Below the pieces are notes generated by a model that had not been told where the DNA came from, did no database searches, and saw nothing but the letters and a program-made list of their open reading frames with translations. 64,000 bases of DNA from assembly GCA_951406725.2 (NCBI GenBank), contig OX597838.1:18476001-18540000 (forward strand). The letters are read 5' to 3'. How positions within the stretch are numbered: the first letter of the stretch is position 1; each line of letters begins with the position of its first letter. Of this stretch, positions 54,649 through 64,000 are shown piece after piece. A program made the position numbers and the translations under genes. The stretch comes from Octopus vulgaris. Taxonomy: Eukaryota.

Positions 54649-55225
54649 GCTAATACCTCGATTAACGTAGTGTTCTAGATATTTTTTCTCCTTTCTCTAT
54701 CAGAAAGTTCGTAACTAGAGGAAGGAGAAACAGTTTTCATTCAAATATAACATCTCTTCTTTATCGAAAGAAATGTAAACATGTTTTAAATACAAGTCTA
54801 TGTTGGCTGTTCATCGCTATATATATATATATGTTAAGTCTTTTGAACAATATATTATATATATATAATTCAATAAAATATACAGATTATATGAAGAAAA
54901 CTCTTTCCAACAGAACTGTAATTCATTTCAAGAATACTCTTTCTTTAGTTTACGCAAGCAAAAACCAAATTAGAAACACATGTTTACATACATGCATGCA
55001 CATACACGCACACACACATTCATACACACACATACATATACATATTACCTGACACGCGACCGACATCGCAGGTCACAATGCGTTTTGCATTGTTTTAGCA
55101 AAGGTGGGTGGTGGGTCTGGAGCAACGTGAAATGAAGTATTTTGCTCAAGAACTCCATCTGGCAATCGTGAGTGCAACAGTCTAAAAACGAGGCCACGCG
55201 CCTTCACGTGCATATGTGTGTGTGT

Positions 55226-55344
<119 letters not shown>

Positions 55345-56034
55345 TGAGAGAGAGAGAGAGAGAGAGAAATAGATAGATAGGTGCAGAAGTGATTTTAAGG
55401 CAAGTAGCTTGCTTCGCAACCACATGGTTCCTAGTTTACTCCTACTTCGTGGCACCTTGGGCAAGTGTCTTCTACTATGACCTTTGGCTGGCCAAAACCT
55501 TGTGAGTGGATTTGGTAGAAGGAAACTGGAAGAAGTATGTATAGAGTATTAGGTGTAATGTACAGAACTGAATATTGAGCGCTCAAGAAGCTTGGTTTCC
55601 AACCATTAGACTTCGAGTTCAATTCCATTGCAGGGTACCTTGAGCAAGAGTCTTCTATTACAGCCTTAGGGTGACAAATGAATCGTGGTAGAATTGGGTA
55701 AATGGAAACTGTGTGGAAGCAGGTTGTATACATCATCATCATCAGCATCCTCTTCATCATCACCATCGTCATCATCATCATTCTGGCGTCCACTTTTTCA
55801 AGCTTGCTTGTATCGGACGGAGTTTATTGAGGCAGATTTTTTTTGTACAGACGCCCTTCCTGTCGCCAGATCTCACCTGTTTTCCAATCAAGGTAATAGT
55901 GGCAATTAATGGCACTGCTTGGGTGACAGTGATACTCCTTTACAATTATCATCGTATGTCAAGAAAAAGAGACACAAATACGCACGCACTCTTTCTCTCC
56001 ATTAACCTTGAGAAGGTGTTTGCGAATTCCGTAT

Positions 56035-56207
56035 AGGAGTAGGAGTGGCTGTGTGGTAAGTAGCATGCTTACCAACCACATAGTTCCGGGTTCAGTCCCA
56101 CTACGTGGTACCTTGGGCAAATGTCTTCTACTGTAGCCTCGGGCTGACCAAAGCCTTGTGAGTGGATTTGGTAGACGGAAACTGAAAAGAAGCCCGTCGT
56201 ATATATG

Positions 56208-56258
<51 letters not shown>

Positions 56259-56465
56259 ATATGTTTGTGTGTCTGTGTTTGTCCCCCCCAACATCGCTTG
56301 GCAACCGACGCTGGTGTTTTACGTCCCCGTAACTTAGCGGTTCGGCAAAAGAGACCGATAGAATAAGTACTAGGCTTACGAAGAATAAGTCTTGGGGTCG
56401 ATTTTGTCGACTAAAGGCGTTGCTCCGGCATGGCTACAGTCAAATGACTGAAACAAGTAAAAGAG
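56035..56465 (+). mobile_element. SINE family 2, full length
   Basis: Family match. Confidence 0.9.
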
Positions 56466-56719
56466 TAAAAAAAAGTATCTTCCGAATTCACCTCAGAATG
56501 ACTATGATTAAACAGAGGCTATATCATCGGAGGTGAACTATTGATAAACTGTTGAGACTTAGAAATATGCTGCCCACAGGAACAGTAAACCATTTTGTAA
56601 AGCAGGAGTTTTTCTTTTCGACTGTTAAAATTTAATTTACAATTTTATTTAAAATTCTGAAAGAAAAAAAAAAAAGAAAAAACAAAGTGAAAAATATTCT
56701 ATTCAATCTGGAACATTAA

Positions 56720-57020
56720 CTTATTGATCTTTTGACCCATTGATCTGTTTGTTAACTCATTGTTCTTTTAAATTTATGAAGTGTTAATCTGATCTATTAA
56801 CACGCTAATCTGCTTAAATCTATTTATCTTGTAACATACTGATCTGTCAACATCGTAAACCGACTTACCATTTAACCAGCTAATCTACTTAGCCTACTCA
56901 TATGTTAATCTAATCCGTTAGCCATCTTAACGGTTAACCTACTGATCTGTTAACCGACTAACCTGTTAACCTACTTATTTGTTAAACAACTAATATATTA
57001 AGCTACTGATATGCTAACCA
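56720..57020. repeat. Degenerate ~16 bp minisatellite (CTACTGATCTGTTAAC-like)
   Basis: Recurring TGATCTGTTAAC-like units, resuming at ~57420 and ~57860 after SINE insertions. Confidence 0.55.
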
Positions 57021-57024
57021 ACCG

Positions 57025-57199
57025 CGGCCATGCTGGGACAACGCCATGAAGACATTTTTCTCGAAGGAATCAGCCCTAGGACTTATTATTTTCTAAAGCC
57101 TGATCTCTTTTGCCGAACCACTAAGCTACAGGGACGTAAACACACCAACGCCGGTTGCCACAAATACAGACTAAAAGACACACATACACAAAAAATCAA

Positions 57200-57257
<58 letters not shown>

Positions 57258-57410
57258 CGGGCTTCTTTCAGTTTCCGTCTACCACATCCACTCACAAGGC
57301 TTTAGTCGCCTCGTAGCTATAGTAGAAGATACGTGCCTAAGGTGCCACGTAGTGGGAATGAACCGAGAACTATGTAGTTAAGAAGTAAGCATCTTACCAC
57401 ACAGCCACGC
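57025..57410 (-). mobile_element. SINE family 2, decayed
   Basis: Family match. Confidence 0.7.
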
Positions 57411-57471
57411 ATACAAGCAACTGATATACTAAGCAATTTATGTGTTATCCCACTAATACGTTGACCAACTG

Positions 57472-57852
57472 GGAAGCACTCCGTCGGTTACGACGACGAG
57501 GGTTCCGGTTGATCCGAATCAACGGAACAGCCTGCTCGTGAAATTAACGTGTAAGTGGCTGAGCACTCCACAGACACGTGTACCCTTAACGTAGTTCTCG
57601 GGGATATTCAACGTGACACAGAGAGTTACAAGGCCGGCCCTTTGAAATACTGGTACAACAGAAACAGGAAGTAAGAGTGAGAGAAAGTTGTGGTGAAAGA
57701 GTACAGCAGGGATCACCACCATCCCCTGCCGGAGCCTCGTGGAGTTTTAGGTGTTTTCGCTCAATAAACACTCACAACGCCCGGTCTGGGAATCGAAACC
57801 GCGATCCTGCGACTGCGAGTCCGCTGCCTTAACCACTGGGCCATTGCGCCTC
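57472..57852 (-). mobile_element. OR-like SINE with 14 bp target-site duplication
   Basis: Near-identical to 44601-44985; TSD TACGTTGACCAACT at 57457-57470 and 57853-57866. Confidence 0.9.
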
Positions 57853-58273
57853 TACGTTGACCAACTAATCTATTAACACACTGACCTGTTAATACACTTC
57901 TGATAAACTTATCTGTAGATCTACTTCTTATCTCTCGTTGCGAGATTTAAAAATAGTAATTTTGTACTTCTTATCCGCTAACCTACAGATTTGCTCCCTT
58001 GTTGTTAAGCTATGCTAATAATTTCAGACATTTAATTTGACCCAAGTTCTGACGGTTCATCAATCAAAATGACACATTTCGTGTGGAATCAACAGAACAC
58101 GATTAATAAACTCTTGTACCATGTGATTAAAGACAACACTCTGGCCACCACTGACTGGTCAGTTTGGTGATTTATCACATCACACTTTTATTTTTATTTC
58201 TGGTTGAATGAAATATCTATAATACAATTAACGGAGTGGGAACGAATATCGTCGTCATCATCACCGACATCAT

Positions 58274-58304
<31 letters not shown>

Positions 58305-58358
58305 AGCAGAAGCAGCACTATTATCTCCATCATCATTATCATTATCATTGTTATCATG

Positions 58359-58852
58359 AAGGCGGCGAGCTGGCAGAAACGTTGGCACGTCGGGCGAAAT
58401 GCTCAGCAGTATTTCGTCTGCCGCTACGTTCTGAGTTCAAATTCCGCCGAGGTCGACTTTGCCTTTCATCCTTTCGGGGTCGATAAATTAAGTACCAGTT
58501 ACGCACTGGGGTCGATGTAATCGACTTAATACCTATGTCTGTCCTTGTTTGTTCCCTCTGTGTTTAGCCCCTTGTGGGTAATAAAGAAATAGGTACTGCG
58601 TCTGCCGTTACGTTCTGAGTTCAAATTCCGCCGAGGAATATGTTTGTGTGTCTGTGTTTGTTCCCCAGCATCGCTTGGCAACCGATGCTGGCGGGTTTAA
58701 TTCCCCGTAACTTAGCGGTTCGGCAAAAGAGACCGATAGAATAAGTACAAGGCTTACGAAGAATAAGTCCTGGGGCCGATTTGCTCGACTAAAGGTGGTG
58801 CTCCAGCATGGCCGCAGTCAAATGACTGAAACAAGTAAAAGAGTAAAAGAGA
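58359..58852 (+). mobile_element. Family 1 SINE joined to the 3' half of a family 2 SINE
   Basis: Family 1 at 58359-58637, family 2 tail at 58640-58852. Confidence 0.8.
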
Positions 58853-58957
58853 ATTGGATGAGAATCCCTACAACGTTCTAATAAGTTCTTGAGCGCTTTC
58901 AGCATATACATGTTTCGACAAACCGGTTTAAGATATAACTTATGAGGCTACATATTC

Positions 58958-58992
<35 letters not shown>

Positions 58993-59340
58993 ACGTGTGT
59001 GTGTGTGTGTGTATGGCACAGCAATTATGTGTATGTAGAAAGATACAGTTGCATATGTGTGTATATTGTAAAGAAATCGAGAATATATTTTACATAACGT
59101 AAGCACTATCTGATATACAGCTCCAAATGAGAGAATATATATGTGTGCGTGTGCAGGTGTGTGTGTGTGTATTGCTTTCATGTGGTTATATAAAAACAGG
59201 CGAACATTAAACTGAAGGATCACTCAACATTATTTATCGAATTTTATCGGAAAATGATTGACAGTAATATCGAAGTCAATATGTTGAAGTCAGTAGCAAC
59301 ATTTTGCTCATCAAAATTTATTTATATGTATGTGTGAGTC

Positions 59341-59375
<35 letters not shown>

Positions 59376-59527
59376 TGAATATGTATTCATATATATATAT
59401 ACATACACACACATATATATATATATGTATACGCACACGCGCGCGTGCACATATACATATATAGAATATATAATATATGTATATATATATATAAACACAC
59501 ACATGTATGTATATATATGTATATATT

Positions 59528-59835
59528 TTTATTTATTTATGCGTCCTTTCCAAACTTCCCAGGCTCAGGGCCCGGTTTCCCGGTTTCTGTGGCGTATGTG
59601 TTCCCCCCCAGCTGGACGGGACACCAGTCTGTCGCAGCGTTACTCAAGAAACAGGAAGACAGAGTGAGAGAAAGTTGTGGCGAAAGAGTACAACAGGGGT
59701 CGGCACCACCGGGGCCTCGTGGAGCTTTTAGGTGTTTTCGCTCAATAAACACACACAACGCCAGGTCTGGGAATCGAAACCACGATGCTCCGACCGCGAG
59801 ACCGCTGTCCTAACCACTGGGCCATTGCGCCTCCA
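59528..59835 (-). mobile_element. OR-like SINE with an alternative 3' tail
   Basis: Same tRNA head as 44601; tail ACACATACGCCACAGAAACCGGGAAACCGGGCCC also present at 31300-31410. Confidence 0.8.
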
Positions 59836-60106
59836 ATCTTTATTGCAGTATAAATCTATATTTCTGACATGCAAGCAATGTTTATTTTTCATACTAATGA
59901 AAGTCAATAAATCAGAAACCGCATCGTTCCAGTCAATCGTCTGCTTGAAAGCTAAACATGGCACCTCTTGAAATGTCTCGAGTATTTAGCAAATTAAATT
60001 AATTTATTGAATTAATTTATGAGCGCAGAGCTCTTTCGTGATGCCACATGGTAACCGTCAGAATAATGCATACATACACACATACATACATACATACATA
60101 CATACA

Positions 60107-60140
<34 letters not shown>

Positions 60141-60166
60141 CATACATACATACATACATACATACA

Positions 60167-60200
<34 letters not shown>

Positions 60201-60349
60201 CATACATACATACATACATGCATACATACATACATACATACATGCATACATGCATACATACATACACACACACAAACACACACACACATACACACACACA
60301 CATATATATATGTGTGTGTGTGTGTGTGTGTTTGTGTGTATGTATGTAA

Positions 60350-60595
60350 GTATATATTTATTTGTGTCTTTGTGTCTGTGCTAATCCCCCCACCGTCGCT
60401 TGACAACCGATCAACCGATGCTGGTGTATTTATGTCCCCGTAACTTAGCGGTTCGGCAAAAGAGACCGATTGAATAAGTACTTGGCTTAGAAAGAATGAG
60501 TCCTGGGGTCGATTTCTTCGACTAAAAAAAAAAAAGGCGGTGCTCCAGCATGGCCGCAGTCAAATGACTGAAACAACTAAAAGAGCAAAAGAGTA
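60350..60595 (+). mobile_element. SINE family 2, 3' half
   Basis: Family match. Confidence 0.8.
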
Positions 60596-61592
60596 ATCAA
60601 CCAATTATTTTTTTTTCTTTTTACATGTATCGCTACCCCATTATCGCCGCACTTTTCTTCAACGCCCCCTTGGGATTTCCCAGGGGGGCGATACCGCCTT
60701 CTTTGGGAACCAGTGCTCTAAAGGAACATCCAAGTTTAAATGCAGATGGATATCGCCTCTGGGCATAAACACCACTTCTCTCGTTGATATACACTTGTTA
60801 CAATAACGTGTACGAAGTCTCAGAGTCTCTAACCATTGGGAGTAAAGGTTGTTGACTGATTTGAATTGAAGGATGTCAACAATCTTTAACCATTGCGTGT
60901 GAGAGACGTCAATTGTTTATGAATCAACAACTGCGAGTGGGTGGTGTCAATTGTCTATGAAACCACCATTTTTAAATGAGCGGAATTAGCAGTGTTTAAA
61001 CAATTTCTGAATAATGACGCTTCATGAAAGGCATTGAAAGTCAGAGGTGTCAAGTACTTCAACACCGAGAACAAACAATTAGAATTTGCCATAAAATCTG
61101 TAGTAAAGAAGAAAAAAAAAGCTTACATCTCGAGAAAAACGATAAAAGGAGATTTAGACGGTGAGGACAACGACGACAACAAACATAATCAACCACAACG
61201 ACAACAACAGCAAAAACAACTACGAGAACTACATCTTTAGTAATATCAACAACAACAACAACAACAACAAAAATGAGAACGATGGGAACAACAATAATAA
61301 CGGCAAGAACAACATCTATACCAACAACAATAACAATCTCGAAATCCATCTGTATCGTTCTAAAATGTTTTGCTTTCAACGCCATCATTTCTCAAGTGGA
61401 AATATTTATATTTCTTTACGAGAGACATTTTTCTCAATCAGTAAACGGACGAATATGATATAAAGAAAAAAATGGAAGAAAAAAAATGAAGCAATTATTT
61501 TTATAGCTATCAGGATATTTATAAAAGGTTAGCTTTTTAAAAAGTAAGAAAATTATACAAACGCACGCACACGCAGACATTCACTCTGTCTC

Positions 61593-61641
<49 letters not shown>

Positions 61642-61682
61642 GATACATAGATACATATGCTTTTGTTTATGTGTGTGTTTGT

Positions 61683-61735
<53 letters not shown>

Positions 61736-61864
61736 AAGAAACAGAAAGAGTGAAGTAATATTACTACGGTGTTGGAGAAAGGTATATTCCTCGTGGAAAA
61801 GACGACAGAGTTTAAAAAAAAGAGATTTACATGCATATGTATGTTGAAGCGCAATGTATATATA

Positions 61865-61903
<39 letters not shown>

Positions 61904-62148
61904 TACATACATACATACATACATACATACATACATACATGCATACATACATACATGTATACATACATACATACATACATACATACATACGTGCATGCAT
62001 ACATACATACATACAAACATGCATGCATACATATATATAGTTACTCCAAGCATGAACAAAGAGAAAACGCAACAACGCGAGGACGTGGAACAAGTATAGT
62101 ATTATTGGACGCCCAGGAAAGGAAAGGAAGAAAATCGCCAACAATTTT

Positions 62149-62183
<35 letters not shown>

Positions 62184-62270
62184 CATATATACATATATAT
62201 ACATATATACATACATATATATACACATATACATATACATACATATATACATATATACATACATACATAT

Positions 62271-62350
<80 letters not shown>

Positions 62351-62451
62351 GCCAGAGTAAGCACTTAAATGCTAAACAAGGTAGAAAAAATAGAACTCAA
62401 ATACCAGAGGTAGAGTAATATGCTTTACTAAAAAGTAGCAAAAATATCACA

Positions 62452-62497
62452 AAAACTGTTACTCAGAGTTTCATGTTCCTGTTCGTCAGGCAGTTTT
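62452..62497 (-). ncRNA. Minimal hammerhead, family G variant
   Basis: AAAACUGC-CUGACGA-ACA(GGAA)CAU-GAA-ACUCUGAGU-A/ACAGUUUU; helix II decayed. Confidence 0.6.
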
Positions 62498-62790
62498 GAT
62501 TATATATCAGTGGTGACTCCGGCATTCGGGCTGTTCGGGCTTAGTCCGAGTATAAATTTAGTAAAGTGTACGTGTATTTGCAAGCTGATTTAATTTCTGC
62601 CAACATTGGCTTAAAGTATGTAACTTCAGCTAATAATCCAGAAATAAATTTAATATATTTTCATCTGTCTTACCCGCTTATGTTCTGGTGTCTGCTGAAT
62701 TTCTCTACAGAGCATTCATTTCTTTGTAGTTAGATCGTAGATGATCTTCTTCTAGCATATTGGTTATCCACCTAGTGGTTATCCCTAAAT

Positions 62791-62860
<70 letters not shown>

Positions 62861-63049
62861 GTACAGGACGTCACCAACAGTAAACAACATGAAATACGAA
62901 AATAAGCGAATTAGATATGCAAACAACGAGAGAGAAAAATTGAAAACAGGACAAGTCACACAAGCAACGACTTTTCATCAGTTGTCGTCTGTCTATCTAT
63001 TCCTCATTTCGAGCAATCACCAATTATCTCCTTGTTTCTTTCTGTGTTC

Positions 63050-63085
63050 CTTTCTGTGGAAGAGCGTAGGCTCGAAACGTTAAAG
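63050..63085 (+). ncRNA. Hammerhead-like motif, family B
   Basis: CUUU-CUGUGGA-A-GAGC(GUAG)GCUC-GAAAC-GUU/AAAG. Confidence 0.6.
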
Positions 63086-63184
63086 ACTTCTTCACTACCC
63101 GAGCGTTAAACTAATACATCTGTTTGTTCTCTAAACCACCCTTTCTTCTTTTGTTCTTTTTTGTAAATTCTCTCCATATATATG

Positions 63185-63224
<40 letters not shown>

Positions 63225-63228
63225 ACAG

Positions 63229-63267
<39 letters not shown>

Positions 63268-63331
63268 TGCATATATGTTGGAATTTTGACTGGTGACTAT
63301 TCTTTCTCTCTTATGCATATTTATATGTATG

Positions 63332-63421
<90 letters not shown>

Positions 63422-63422
<1 letters not shown>

Positions 63423-63551
63423 ATTAATTTGCGACTAGCTTATAGTTTCAGAAGCCTGTCTCAGTCGCTGCGATTTTCTCAAGACTAGCTTTGAGAAGGC
63501 CACAACGATTGAAGCAAGTTTCTAAAGCTGTAAGCTAGTCACAAATAAATA
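63422..63551. repeat. ~130 bp imperfect palindrome (foldback)
   Basis: Arms of ~60 bp differing mostly by transitions. Confidence 0.8.
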
Positions 63552-63879
63552 TATTCAATGCACTTCCTGAAGTAATAAGTCTTTTGTTAGATATATGAAT
63601 GCCATCCTCCAACGAGCAAGCACAGAAGACATAAGATGCGTGTGTGTCTACGCAAGTGTATATATATATATGTCTGTGTTATGTGTGTGTATGTATATAT
63701 ATATACTCACACACACTACACACATATATGCATATAAATACATGTAGCAATCTTTACCGAAACATATCTAAGAAATCTAAATTATACACATATACGTATG
63801 TGTATATATGCATATATATATTTATGTATATATATATATATATATATATATTTTATGTATTTATGTATATATATATATT

Positions 63880-63958
<79 letters not shown>

Positions 63959-64000
63959 GTATATTGTTTTATTCTTTTACTTGCTTCAGCCACTTTGACT

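Noticed and set aside
60620-60722. GGGAACCAGTGCTCTA resembling a hAT/Charlie terminal repeat
   Set aside because: Only one end is visible, with no partner TIR or TSD

Overview
AT-rich, microsatellite-saturated eukaryotic DNA, most likely an octopus (coleoid cephalopod) intergenic or intronic region, judged from tRNA-derived SINEs resembling the Octopus OK/OR families. I found no credible host exon; almost all ORFs in the track are translations of microsatellites. The window holds many SINEs, fragments of R4/Dong, RTE and CR1-like LINEs, three Tc1/mariner remnants, two Helitron-type elements and dead Penelope-like elements (PLEs). The main signal is a dense set of minimal type I hammerhead ribozyme folds: about 17 readable copies in at least 7 sequence families, plus several relics. 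They mostly have palindromic helix III, several carry non-canonical cores (CUGUNGA, CCGANGA, UUGAUGA), and they sit in (TA)n tracts, inverted or tandem duplications, PLE 3' ends and an apparent tRNA-headed SINE. All folds were read by eye and ribozyme activity is untested. Element boundaries are approximate.
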